DNA of 64,000 nt from Eledone cirrhosa (Eukaryota), in contig OZ024741.1 of the NCBI GenBank assembly GCA_964016885.1, positions 61,876,001 to 61,940,000 on the forward strand. Direction: 5' to 3'. Below, one piece after another: positions 27,161-40,519 of this stretch. The notes under the pieces were generated by a model. That model saw nothing but the letters and a program-made list of their open reading frames with translations. It made no database searches and had not been told where the DNA came from. Within the stretch, counting starts at the first letter, position 1, and each line of letters begins with the position of its first letter. The position numbers and the translations under genes are program-made.

Positions 27161-27377
27161 CCCTTCAGCATTTAAACCTACTGTATCCGGCTAGTATTCT
27201 TTCACCTCTGTTCAAACTGGCTGTAACTGGCAACTCTTACTGACATTAAGGTATTGTTCTCAAAATAAATAACATCAAAATCTCATAGATTTGATATTAT
27301 GTGAGATGATTATTTAAGATAAAGCCTTTACCACAAAAATACAATAGTAAATATAGAGTAATTTAAATGCTAAAGGG
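27161..27377 (+). mobile_element. piggyBac-type MITE
   Basis: TTAA|CCCTTCAGCATTTAAA...TTTAAATGCTAAAGGG|TTAG. Confidence 0.8.
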
Positions 27378-28436
27378 TTAGGTAACATTTTTGACAAGAT
27401 TCCACATAATATAAAAAAAGTTTCTATTTTCAAAATATTGAGTCCTCATTTAGCCATATAATTATATACCACTTATTCTAGCAACTATATACATAAATAC
27501 TGAGGTAGATATTTTTCAAATACCAGTCTACTTCAAACATTCAAACAATAACTGAACGAGCACTCAATACATGTGAGCAGTGTAAAATTTAATTTTTTTG
27601 AGGAGAAATACACACATACAGTCACACACACACACACACATGACAACTCCCTGCACAGTTTCCATCTATAAAATTTCACTTGCAAGGCATTGGTCAATTG
27701 AGTCAACTGTATGTACCCAAGATGCCACACAGTCAGATCAATCCTAAACTATCATTTGTTGTGAAAGAAACTTCTTAAACACCCAGCCATGTCTTCCTAC
27801 AAACACACCACTTTACACACACACACACACACACACACAAACAAGAAAAAATAAAGATGGCCTGCTCTCTAACTAGAGATAATTCAAATGCAATAATATT
27901 AAAATAAATTCAAAACTACAAAGAGAAAAAAAAGAGAGAGAGGGGCATAGGGGGCAGGGGAGAGGAGATGGGGAAAAGGAGACAGAAAGGGGGGGATTTG
28001 GAATATGAGCATTATTGAAATATCTTCGTTGATTGTGATTTCTCATAAAAGGAGTGAGGATGTTGAAATATGAGAATAAAATCAATCATAAATATTTAAT
28101 AGGTTCCGATAGAAATGAAACTGTTTACACGACATAAATATTAGTTTAACATTCAAAACCACTTAATGTCTCCTAGCCTACTGTGTGTGTTTGTGTCTGT
28201 TGTGTGTGTGTTATATGTGTTATGTCTGTGCTGTTTGTTTTTGTTTTTGCTTACACAAAGCAGATTGTTTGCTATAAACATTTCTCATTCACCAGTATAA
28301 AAAAAACTAGCTGAGATGAAAATTCTTGTGTCTTATAATATGCTAAAAACTTTTTAGAATTTCATACATAAATTGGATTATAAACAATATGTATAAGACT
28401 GAAGTATTTATGATGATGATGGCAATGAGATACCTA

Positions 28437-28475
<39 letters not shown>

Positions 28476-28540
28476 TAATGGTTAATATTTATAAATATAT
28501 ATAATACATACAAATAAATTATAAGCAATGATGGTAAGTG

Positions 28541-28577
<37 letters not shown>

Positions 28578-30815
28578 TCACACAAATGCATAAAAATGTG
28601 TATGTATGTGAATATATATATGTGTGTGTGCACACATACGCATACACACACATGTACATATATGCATACCTAAAGATATGCTATCAAATGCATCATGTAC
28701 ACAATACACAATATACATACACAATGTACATACACATACACACAATTACATGGTTGTTTTACTCATAAGTAGATGAATATGCAATTGCCATAATTGTTAT
28801 TCTATGTTTATTAAAAGGCTTGTCATATTCCTTGATAAAAATGATTTTTCTAAAATGCCATGATTTCAAAACGTTTTTCTTCATAATAGCATTTGGAAAT
28901 TTAATACATAAAAATTGGTAAAATAATGCCAAATGTGAACAAAACATTAGGAAGAAATTGTAAAGAGTGCTTCAGTGAAACATAAAATATATATTAAACT
29001 TGATATCACAAAACCTATATTTTATCAAAAGTTTTAAAATGAAAAATTGACAAATCCCAATGATAGCATATTATCATCATCATTGTTTAACATCTGTTTT
29101 CAATGATAGCAAGAGTTGGATGGGTCGTCACAGACCAAGTCATTATTTAATCTGAGCAACTGACCTCTCAGATGGGCTAGGGATTACATCTTGCTTACAT
29201 CCTCTCTCACTCAACATCAGGGCCTCCAAGAGAAATCTTTCAAGGTGAGACCCCTTTGGGACTCAAAGCAAGCACAGATTTTTCTCAAAATGGATGTTGC
29301 ATGGTTGCTGTGGGGCCTTCTTAGCTCTTGGGCCCCGGAACAAATTGCTGGCTGGAACTCCTCTCATAGGCCCTGCTCAACATAGAGCCATGGCTTTATT
29401 TTCATGACACCAGCACTAGGGGAGTTGTCATTTCTCTAATTCACCTGAAGAGTATTCTTAACTTTTTGTCAAGCAAGTTGTCTGCAGCTGGAGGCTTTTC
29501 CTATCACCAATCACTTTGCAGAATGTACTGGGTGAATTTTATTTTGTCACCAACACTAGAGAGTGTGTGGTGCTCTTGATAAAACAGAAGAGTCCTCTTC
29601 TATATATGTGTGTGCACATTTACATCATCATGTTACATCTGCTTTCCATGCTGTTGTGTTGTCATGGCAGGTGACTTGGTGGAACAGAGAGACTTTGTCA
29701 GGCTTATGTTCCATATTTAGCATCATGGTTTCTTCAGCTGGATGTCCCTCCTAACACCAACCACTTTCAAGAGTGTACTATCACTATCATATTACAGAGT
29801 AGTTGGTGTATTTTATGATGGGACCATCACTATCACAATACAGAGTAGTTGGTGCATCTTATAATGGCACCAGCACTTTACATAATGTTATATTGTATGT
29901 GTCCATTTACTATTGGCAAGTGCAAGAATGAGTACAAATACAACAATGGATGGGTGGGTTTGTATGTGTGTATATATATATGTATATGTATATGCAAAAG
30001 GCAAACAGAAATAACAAAGCAAACAACTTTGATTCTGATTTTCTCTGTGTGCCAGTGGGTTATACCTCAGAGCAGTTAGCAGTAAGTAATACTTATTGCA
30101 AAAATGCAACAACCTCACCTTGGACTATAATAATTTTACTCTTTTCGATGTAATGCAATAATTTATTATGTAATGCATGCAACTGAGCATGGGATTTTGC
30201 AGTCAGGACATATGGACGGTTATTGTACAGAAACATTTCTTCTACTTAGTTATTCCTGTTTTTCCTGGTACCATACTTGTTATTATATATATATATATAT
30301 ATATAAAAATGTATCATCATCATCATTTTACTTAGATAAGAGTTAGTATGTATATGTAGTAAACACTAACACAAAATGGTGTAGAAGGAGGACTGTTAGT
30401 GTGAGCAAGCTACAGAGAAGGGAGGACATGTAGTGGGGTTAATAAATAGATTGGAAGAAATGAGTGTGGGAAGTATTTACCAAGTGCAAACTTAATCATG
30501 TAGTAAATACATTGTCCATTGTATTAAAAATCATGCTACCTTTTACATGTTTCTTGCTTGTGTTAAAACAAGAGATTTATCTTGCTTTTAAATATTTTTT
30601 TAGATAAAACAATTATTGACTGTTCAGATAGATTTTTTTTTTTTTTTTAACATTGGAACTATTCATACATACAATATATTATAATTATTAATCTTTGAAT
30701 TTATATCTTCATACACCATGAGTGTGTATAAGGAAACAAAATGAAGCATTTAATTTGATGCTCTAACTGCACCAATTCATTGTATGTGTGTAGAAATAAA
30801 TATATATATATATAC

Positions 30816-30853
<38 letters not shown>

Positions 30854-30861
<8 letters not shown>

Positions 30862-31002
30862 ATACTTTGGGAGGGTCATGTTGCCAATAAGAAACACACG
30901 CATATAAATTTGTAATTTATAAATATATAATAAATTGAAGTGAAAGCAACTGGTGCGTGTGTTTCTTATTGGTAACATGACCCTCCCAAAGTATAACAAT
31001 AT
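30854..31002. repeat. 49-bp inverted repeat (1 mismatch) within (TA)n
   Basis: 30854-30902 versus 30954-31002. Confidence 0.9.
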
Positions 31003-31059
31003 CGGTTTCAACACACGATTTCAGATAAAGAATCTTGCTAAACAAATTCAGAAACGAAA

Positions 31060-31114
<55 letters not shown>

Positions 31115-31237
31115 AAAATTAAGATAAATCAAATGAATTTAATCTAAATCAAAATTATGGGTGTCATGCCAGAAAGGCATGCGCCATATCACCCACAAAA
31201 TAAGCTCTAAGATTCTAACGAGTAGGTCCGAGCATTT

Positions 31238-31351
31238 TATAATAACTAGAAATTGATTAACATATAAATAAACATGAATAATCACAGGAGAAAATTATCT
31301 CCTGTGATTATTCATGTTTATTTATATGTTAATCAATTTCTAGTTATTATA
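31238..31351. repeat. Perfect 54-bp-arm palindrome with 6-nt spacer
   Basis: 31238-31291 is the exact reverse complement of 31298-31351. Confidence 0.92.
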
Positions 31352-32683
31352 TATATATATATATGTCTCTGTGTGCATGTGAGTGTACATATAAGTATGA
31401 ATGTGTGTACATATATATGTGTGTGTCTGTACATATACATGCACATATATACACATACACACTTATACAGCTACCCATAAATAACAGATTGTTTAACTAA
31501 CAACAAACCTCGTTAACTAGATTACAAAACAGCTCATGATTAATTTCATTAGTTTACAATTTAAAAAAATAAATTGAAATTTCAGAAATTAAATGTTGGT
31601 AATTTTCAAAACATTTCTCTTTTAGTAAATCACAAACTACTATTTTTAAAAAAAATAATAAATAAATAATTTTTTTAATTTAATAAATTTCTTCATTATT
31701 TAAGAGAAATAATGAAGAAAAAAATCTTTCCAAATTTTAAATCTCTTCAATAACTTTTAATTTACAATTTTAACTTTTGACAAACTTAAGGTAAATATTA
31801 ATTATAGTGCATGTTTTTGCTGCAGATAATGGCTGTGTGGTTAAGGAGTTCACTTCACAACCACTTGATTTGGGGTTCAGTTCCACTGTGCAGTACATTG
31901 GGTAAGTTTCTTCTACAACAGCCATGAGTTCACCAATGCTTTGGTAGATGGAACCTCTATGGAAGCTCATCATGAATATACATCTATACATACATTTTTG
32001 TGATTCTGTCACAACACGTAAAGAGAGAGGAGTAGTTTGACTACCTCATACTACTCCTCACTCTTTGTGTCTATTGCCCGTGTATATGTGTGTATAAAAC
32101 AAAGGCAGGGGATGGTGAAAAAACTATAGCAAAATACCGGCTGGCATTCCATTTGTTATGCTGTGTGTATGGTTGTGTGAATGTATGTGTGTTTATGTGA
32201 ATGTATGTGTGTGTTTATGTGAATGTATGTCTGAGTGTGTATTTTTGTAAGTGTGCCTGTGTTTGCACGTTTATATTTATATACTCATACATATAAATGT
32301 ATGCAGATGCACATACACACATACACATCAGCATGTTGGAAAATCCTAGTACATATATATATATGTGTGTGTGTATGTGTGTGAGTGAATGTGTGCGCCC
32401 ATGTTTATACTAATGTGTGTGTTGGTGTCCATCTTTATGACCCACAAATTAGAAATTCAACAAAAGAAAGATCAATAAAGTAAGTACCAGAATTGATACC
32501 AAGTATACTAGAGTTAATATATACTGACTAAATCAAAGTAATGAGCTAGCATGGTCACAAACCAGTAAAAGAATAAAACATACAAGGATTGGTTAACTCT
32601 TAACATCTTGTACCACATGAAACAACATTAGTAAGAGATTCTTGAAAAGTAGAAAACAGCACATTAAAAATTAAAGTCCTTAA

Positions 32684-32890
32684 CCTTTAAGCGTTTAAAA
32701 CGGCCATATCCGGCCATAATTCTCTCACCCTTTTCTGTTCAAACCAACCATAACCAGCCGCATATAGCAACATTAAGTTATTGTTCTCAAAATAAAAATA
32801 TCATCATCAAAATCTCGTAGATTGTATATTATGTGAGATAAAGCATTTACCACAAAAATACAATAGTAGAGTAATATAAATGCTAAAGGG
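32684..32890 (+). mobile_element. piggyBac-type MITE
   Basis: TTAA|CCTTTAAGCGTTTA...TAAATGCTAAAGGG|TTAA; internal sequence matches the other copies. Confidence 0.75.
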
Positions 32891-33459
32891 TTAATCTAAT
32901 ACTGCCAATTTTCACAAACAGCTGTCTAGTAGTAAAGCTACCACACACATTTGAATTAAATCTATTTTGAGATATTTTCAGCTAAATCAATATAAAACTA
33001 ACTGCTTACTCCAACCCATTCTTATTTTCATTCTTTCACTCACCCCCTCTTTCGCTATTTGCCACTGAGGGCAGTGCAATAAATATTCATATTTTACTTG
33101 TCACTTATTGTCTCTCTCACTCTCTCCATTTGTAATTTGACAGAATCCTACTTCCATACTAGTTTCTTTATCCTGACAGTGAATAAAAACACTAAGTTCA
33201 TTATTATATGTGTATAAATATATGTGCGTGCATGTTTGTTTATATACATATATCTATGAATGTATGTGTTTATATAAATGTCTGTTTATTTGTATATGTA
33301 TGTATCTCACTTGTTCTTAATTGATTGATGTTTCTTTTTATAAGACTTCCCTGGTCAATTGGATACTATAGTAGAAGCCACTTGCCCATGGTGCAGAGCA
33401 GAACGACTAGGTCTAGAAGCATGTGGTTGTGAAGTGAACTCCCAAACCACAGCCATACC

Positions 33460-33795
33460 TGCAACACAGCAAAAAGTGCCCAGCCCACACTGTAAAGTGG
33501 TTGTGTAGTGACATGAGAAAAAGCGTCCAGCCCACACAGTAAAGTGGTCATGTAGGTGTCACAACAAAAAACATCCAGCTCACACTGTAAAGTAGTTGTG
33601 AAGGTGCCATGTCAAAAAAGCACCCAGCTCACATTGTAAATGTGGTTGGCGTTAGGAAGTGCATCCAGCTGTAGAAATTGAGCCAAAGTCAGTTCTCTAT
33701 GAGCAAGACATGGTCACCAGACCTGGCCTCATAACAGGATAACTCTCCTAACCCATGCTAGCATGCAAAAATGGACGTTAAACGGTGATGATGAA
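33460..33795 (+). mobile_element. Older SINE/RTE-3'UTR variant with 4-5 copies of the ~42-bp internal unit
   Basis: Repeated cagc(c/t)cacactgtaaagtgg units, then gttggcgttaggaagtgcatccagctgtagaaa and a tail-B-like end. Confidence 0.7.
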
Positions 33796-33893
33796 GATTA
33801 TATATATATATATAACGAACGAAGTGTGGTAAGGAACCAGGTGGACTATAACACACCAGAGTACTCGATACTTTGGGTAGTAGAGTGGGTAAT

Positions 33894-34004
33894 AGGAAAA
33901 GAATCAGGGCCCCGACGGCTGAGCTCCGGCCGTTTCAAAAGCTAGTTCAGAACTAGCTGCCGAAACGGCTGGAGCTTAGCCGTCGGGGTCCTGATTCTTT
34001 TCCT
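33894..34004. repeat. GC-rich 111-nt hairpin (43-bp arms plus inner 9-bp palindrome)
   Basis: 33894-33936 pairs with 33962-34004 with 3 transitions; inner agctagttc-a-gaactagct. Confidence 0.9.
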
Positions 34005-34418
34005 CTCTATATATATATAAGTATATATGAACCAATGAGCAAGACCTTTGTGTTATAGCAAACATTGATCTGTTGTTTTAAAGCCTTCTCTTCTCTTATT
34101 TTCTGGAAGATACTTTTTTCTTTTTGCTTGTTAGGTTTTTAATGTTTGTTATTCAAACTGTTTTTATTGCAGGCAAAAATCATGTTGTATCTAGTTTCTT
34201 GTTAGTTATCATATGACATATTTTTCTCACTATTGGCACCTTATTTCTCTTTTAGAGTATAGAAGAAAAATAGTTTGGTTGCAGCTCAATGTATTGGTTT
34301 CTAATTGAGATGCACTCTCTGGGTATTGACTTTCATATTCTAGTCTGCTATTAATATAGTTTTAATGATTAATGCTCTACATTTTTATTTTTATTATCGT
34401 TAGTCTCATTTTCATTGC

Positions 34419-35063
34419 GTGCTGTCACAGTATTACTGAGCACAGATCTCTGTGCCTTGGATATGTGCAGGATTATGATTTATTTTTTGTGATACTCTTC
34501 CAAATATGTGTGCAGTGCCTACTAGTGCTATTTTCTGTATGTTGTATATCGTGTATTGTATCTTGAATATTTTGTGAACATTGTATATTGTATATTTTTT
34601 GTATATTTTATATATTCTGTATATTGTATATTTTCTGTATTTTGTATATTTTCTGCATGTTGTATATTTTCTATATGTTGTATATTTTCTATATGTTGTA
34701 TATTTTCTACATGTTGTATATTGTATATTTTCTGTATATTGTATATTTGCTATTTTTATTGTGCTGTCACTGTATTACTGAGCACAGATCCATGTGCCTT
34801 GGATATGTGCAGGATTATATATATATATATTTTTTTTTCCTTTTACATCCGCTTTTCACCGCTTGCAAGGGGGGGGGGGGGGGGGGCAGGAACTGATTCT
34901 GGCTTGATTTCTACAGCTGGATGCCCTTCCTAACACCAACCTCATTTACAGTGAGTGCTGGGTGCTTTTTTGCCGTGGAATGATATGGACCTCAGTCCCT
35001 ATCATCTCATTCCTACAGCTGAGTAAACTGGAGCAATGTGAAATAAAGTATCTTGCTCAAGGA

Positions 35064-35094
<31 letters not shown>

Positions 35095-35262
35095 TACTAT
35101 TTTACCCTTTTACCTGTTCCAGTCATCCAGCTGAGGCTATATATATATAAATATATATATCTTTTTTGGAGGGGGAGGGGTGACTGTTTCTATTATATTT
35201 AAAATACTCTTCCTAATATGTGTGCAGGGCCTATTAATGCTATTTTCTGTATGTTGTATATA
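34419..35262. repeat. ~340-bp tandem duplication containing an 18-bp repeat; second copy interrupted by a SINE
   Basis: gtgctgtcac.gtattactgagcacagatc..tgtgccttggatatgtgcaggattat at 34419 and 34761; continuation resumes near 35204 after a minus-strand tail-A SINE (about 34840-35067). Confidence 0.75.
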
Positions 35263-35479
35263 TCTGTAAACTATCACTGCCACCACCATCATCATCATCA
35301 TTTTACTTCCAGAAGCTTTACATGCTGGCAGTGGTTGGATGGGTTATCACAGTTTGGAACTGGGTAAGTTGGAAGAACATAGCTCTTGGTTTCTATATTA
35401 CAGTTTTGCATTTTTGCTAATTTATTTTCAGTTTCATAAGTTTACTTTTTTTTAGTTATTTTAGGTATTATATTTATGG

Positions 35480-37060
35480 TTGTGATATTAACTAATGTAT
35501 ATCATATTTGTTGGGTGCTATGTTTAAGGCCGTGGTGATGTCAACTAATGATGGATGTTACATTTAAGGTTGTTGTGATATCAACTAAAGCTGGTTGTTA
35601 TATTTAAGATTGTTGTAATATCAGCCAATGTTGGGTGCTGTGTTTAAGGTTGTTGTGATGTCAACTAATGCTAGGTGTTATATTTAAGGTTGTTGTAATG
35701 TCAACTAATGCTGGATGATATATATATAAGGTCATTGTGATGCCAACTAATGCTGTATGTTATGTTAAATATTGTTGCTAAACTGTTTTTAGGGGTTAGG
35801 GTTTTATGTTTAAGATTGTTGTGATGTCAGCTAATGATGATTGTTATATTTAAGGTCACTATGATGTCAGCTAATGTTTTTTAGTGATCTGAGTATTATG
35901 TTGAAGATCATTGTGATATCAACTAATGTTTCTTAGGGATCTGTGTTTTATACTTAAGGCTGTGATGTCAGCTAATGTTGGGTGCTATGTTTAAGATTGT
36001 TGAGATGTCAACTAATGGCAAGTGTTATATTTAGGGTCACTGTGATGTTAGCTAATGTTTTTTAGTGATCTGGGTGTTATGTTTAAGGTTGTTATGATGC
36101 TAATTTGTGTTGGATGTTATGTTTAAGGTCATTGTAATGTCAACTTATGCTGGGTACTATATTTAAGGTCTTTGTTTGAAAAGTGGGTGTAGTTCTGTGC
36201 AAGGCACGTCAACTATAATCAAATTCACGCACAGGAACGTTTTAGACCCTGAACAGATAACATATATTCCATTCAAAAGACCTGCAATGGTGGAGAGAGC
36301 TGTGATGTCAGATAATGCTGTATTTAAGGTTGCTGTGGTGTCAGATACTGTTGCGTGTTATATTTAAGGTTGGATGTCAGATAATGTTGGGTGTTATATT
36401 TAAGGTTGTTGTGATGTCAGATAATGCTGTATTTAAGGTTGTTGTGATGTCAGATAATGCTATATATTATATTTAAGGTTGCTGTGATGTCAGATACCGT
36501 TGCGTGTTATATTTAAGGTTGTGATGTCAGATAATGTTGGGCATTATATTTAAGGTTGTTGTGATGTCAGATAATGCTATATATTATATTTAAGGTTGTT
36601 GTGGTGTCAGATAATGTTGGGTGTTATATTTAAGGTTGTTGTGATGTCAGATAATGCTGTATATTATATTTAAGGTTGTTGTGATGTCAGATAATGCTAT
36701 ATATTATATTTAAGGTTGTTGTGATGTCAGATAATGCTGGGTGTTATATTTAAGGTTGTTGTGATGTCAGATAATGCTGTATATTATATTTAAGGTTGTT
36801 GTGATGTCAGATAATGTTGGGCGTTATATTTAAGGTTGTTGTGGTGTCAGATAATGCTATATATTATATTTAAGGTTGTTGTGATGTCAGATAATGTTGG
36901 GTGTTATATTTAAGGTTGTTGTGATGTCAGATAATGTTGGCCATTATATTTAAGGTTGTTGTGATGTCAGATAATGCTGTATATTATATTTAAGGTTGTT
37001 GTGATGTCAGATAATGTTGGGTGATATGTTTAGGGTCATTGTAATGTCAGGTAAAGTTAG
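35480..37060. repeat. 40-bp minisatellite ttatatttaaggttgttgtgatgtcagataatg+7 variable nt
   Basis: taaggttgtt recurs at 36751, 36791, 36831, 36871 and onward; the left part is diverged. Confidence 0.95.
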
Positions 37061-37792
37061 GTTTTATGTTTCCTTATACCAACTAAATTTTTTTTCTGTC
37101 AAGTTTCATTTTGTTATGTTTTCTGTTCTGTGTAGTTATTAAATGCTATAAACACTCACTCTACATTTATGATCAGTTAACACATAATGTGTGTGTGTGT
37201 GTGTTTATATATGTATGTGTGAGAGAGAGAGAGAGTGTGTGTGTGGGTGAGAGAGAGAGTGTGTGTGGGTGAGAGAGAGAGAGTGTGTGTGTGTGTGTGT
37301 GCACACACCCCTGTTTATGTGTGTGTAGGTATGCACATGTGTGTGTGTGTATGCAGTGTTTGTGTGTGGTACCTCCAAAATAACAAATAAGACACATCAA
37401 CATAAATTCATATACAAATAAGAAAGAAAGGAGCCAATAAACAGATTGGACAAAAGAAACAATGTCTCTATTGGTCTTTCCATTGCTGATATGATTTGCT
37501 AGTTGCAGCTACTAGCAAAAGAAAGGAGTCAATTATCAGATTGTACATTGCTGATAGAATCTGCTAGTTACAATTCCTGGAAGACAGAGCAATGTGAAAT
37601 AAAGTAATTGCTCAAGAATACAATGCACTGCTGTTCCAAGAATCAATCCCATGTCATTATGGTCACACATCCAACACTCTAACCACATATTTTAACACCA
37701 AAATAGTAACATTCTTCAGGCAAAACCAGAAAGGTTTTGAATTGATTTAGAAAATGTAGAATTTCAAACTACACATAAGAAATACACAGACA

Positions 37793-37850
<58 letters not shown>

Positions 37851-37851
<1 letters not shown>

Positions 37852-38145
37852 CAATATGCCCCCACTCCCCCCACCGCAAGGTGGTCGTGGAGGTGCCACG
37901 GCAAAAAAGCACCCAGCCCACACTGTAAAGTGGACGTGTAGGCGCCACGAAAAAGCACCCAGCACTCACTGTAAATGAGGTTGGTGTTAGGAAGGGCATC
38001 CAGCTATAGAAATCAAGCCAGATCAGTTCCTGTATGAGCAAGGCATGGTCAGCCGACCAGACACTGCCCACAGCAGGACAACCCGTCTAACCCATGCTAG
38101 CGTGGAAGAACGGACGTAAAACGGTGATGATGATGATGATGATGA
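37851..38145 (+). mobile_element. RTE family B 3' UTR only (severely 5'-truncated)
   Basis: Starts acaatatgcccccac..ccaccgcaaggtgg as at about 13417; ends in (GAT)n; (TA)n on both sides. Confidence 0.85.
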
Positions 38146-38169
38146 TATATATATATATATATATATACA

Positions 38170-38646
38170 TCTAAATTATAATAAAGTAAGGAGTGCGGGA
38201 CTGCGTACAGTTTATTTCTTTTAAACCAGTTAGTAAAATAAGTTGGATTACTTTGAATAAATAATGAATGAATATTACATAATTTATCTACTAAATTTCG
38301 TAGCTGTTGATTAAATATATTTTATAGCTTATTTAAAGATTCACTTCTTTAAAATTTTCAAATGCCAACACTTCCGGTTAGCAATCGCTTAAATAAACAT
38401 TCATATATTTCCATCACTAATTTTATCCTAATGCAGTTTATATATAACATTGTCTTTTTTTTAATGTATCATGTTACTAATTACATAAAAGAGTGTAACA
38501 CAGTTGTCATTCAATTTATGTGTATATTGTCAATTACGAGTTTATTTGATGTATCATATCTGTATGCATATATACTTGTGTATAATATCAATATGCACAC
38601 TACACATACTAACAGAAAACGACCCTTCCGGTGGTTTTTCTGCTAG
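38170..38646 (+). mobile_element. Non-autonomous Helitron
   Basis: A|TCTAAATTATAATAAAG ... cagaaaacgacc-cttcc-ggtggtttttctg CTAG|T; no target duplication; homologous to 23418-23901. Confidence 0.82.
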
Positions 38647-38756
38647 TATCTTCAAAGAAACAATGAATAAATATATCTTAAAATTAGTCATATATTAACG
38701 TTTCCTGTGGCTTTTCCTCACTAGGTCCTCTTGGATCTGCAGTGGTTGAAAGGTCT

Positions 38757-39007
38757 AGTAGAGTTCTTGTATATATAATGGCAACATGCATGGACCAGTT
38801 ATTTTTCTCCAAAATTTTTTTTTTCTGTTTCCCCACTGTCCGTCTCCTCAATCTTTCTATTTCTTCTTTAATGTCTCATTCTTTCTTGTGATGAAGGACT
38901 AGCGTCCAAAACGTTAAGACTCTCTTCTTACTATTTCAAGCATTAAACTAATATATTACATCCATATATACTGTGCCGTTTATTTTGTTATTTCTATTTA
39001 TCTTTTA
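38757..39007 (+). mobile_element. ~250-bp PLE-like terminal fragment with degenerate hammerhead motif
   Basis: tcttgtgatgaaggactagcgtccaaaacgttaagac; inverted copy at 48868-49110. Confidence 0.55.
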
Positions 39008-39430
39008 CACACACACGCGTGTGAGAGAGAAAGAGAGACAATGACAGAGAGAGAGAGAGAGAGAGAGAGATGACTCTGTAGCTCAAGTAAAATCTTTCAG
39101 AGAATTTTATGCAATGAAAGCCTACTACAAAAACTATAGCTCTCACTGCCTAATCTCATTGAAACTATCCCTTCAAGGTTGCATTGAGTTCTAACATTAT
39201 CAGGTGGATACAAATATAAAAAGATTTAAGGAAATATGAAAATTTCCTTTTAAAATTATTTTGTATATAATTATCAATGTGGGAAACAGCTAAACTAAGA
39301 ATGGAAAGATTGCCAAGAAACACTAAATACATGTTTCTCATTGATAATTTTGCTCTATTTATTGACTAAAGAAGGCAGTACAAATATTTTATGTATGTTT
39401 AATTATCAGTATTTCTACTTTATGCTATAA

Positions 39431-40519
39431 CTAGCTGGTTCGTCCGGCTGGCGCACGGCTAGGTATACCTGCCCCCACCACTCCACTGCAAAGATACCAC
39501 ACACCCTCCCGTGTCACATTGTCCTTCTGACTCTCTCTCTCTCTCTCTGAATAACTAACACTTTAATTGTATCTCTCTCTGTCTAACGGCCTATCTCTCT
39601 CTGTTCCCCTCCCTCTGTTTTTCTGTCTCTCTCTGTAGATGTGTGTGTATAGTTTTCCTAATCTTTCTCTCTCTCTCTCTCTCTGTATATATTGAAGGGA
39701 GATACGGAAACTAAAACAGTGTTGTCATATAGAGAGTGAAGAGCAACAGAGAGAGTAAAGCAGTTAAATTATAGAGAGGGGAATGATCTTACATACATAC
39801 ATATGTGTGTATGTGTGTTTGTGTATGTGAATGTGCGTGTGTGTGTGTCTGTGTGTTTTGTTTTGATGTTATCCGGAAATTGGCGAAATCAAGTGTGTGT
39901 GTGTGTGTTACTTATGCAAGCGACGACAGAAAAAATGTGTGGGATACATACATTATTATATTTGTCTGTATTTTTGCTCTGCAACCATTATATTATGATA
40001 TTTGTATCCAAATGATTTTAGATGTATGTATTACCTGCTTGCCTGTCCCCCTGTCTCTCTTTAGATGTGTGTGTGTGTGTGTAGTTTTCCTAATCTGTCT
40101 TTTTCACTCTCTGTCTCTCTAAGAGGGTTGCCTTTTGATATATGTATTACCTGCTTGTGTGTTGACCGAATTTAAAGGAGGTTATCTTTTTGAAATAAAC
40201 ATACATATGACGCTCATATATATTGGAGGTTGATACGGAAAGTAAAAGAGTGTTGTCATATAGAGAGTGAAGAGAGACATAGAGTAAAGCAGTTAAATTA
40301 TAGAGAGGGTGAAAGAGGGAGAGAGAGAGATGATGCTCAGTTTTATAATATTAGAGAGTGAAGAGCGACAGAGAGAGTAAAGCAGTTAAATTATAGAGAG
40401 GGGGAATGATCTATTATAGAGAGAAGGAAGAACGGCAGAGAGAGTAAAGCTAAGAAACTATAGGGAGGTGTGTGCAGGATACATACATAATACATAGACA
40501 CGGCACTCAGCTTTATAAT
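39431..40519 (-). mobile_element. Non-autonomous Helitron-like element with internal repeats
   Basis: Minus-strand 3' end ccgtgcgccagccggacgaaccagCTAG|T; 5'-like attataaa(g/a)ctgag motifs near 40350 and 40519; agagagtgaagag..cagagagagtaaagcagttaaattatagagaggg occurs three times. Confidence 0.6.

Noticed and set aside
35786-35805. TTAGGG telomere-like sequence
   Set aside because: Only about two imperfect units inside a minisatellite.
36300-37060. CRISPR-like constant repeat with variable spacer
   Set aside because: The variable part is only 7 nt and recurs; no cas genes; eukaryotic context.
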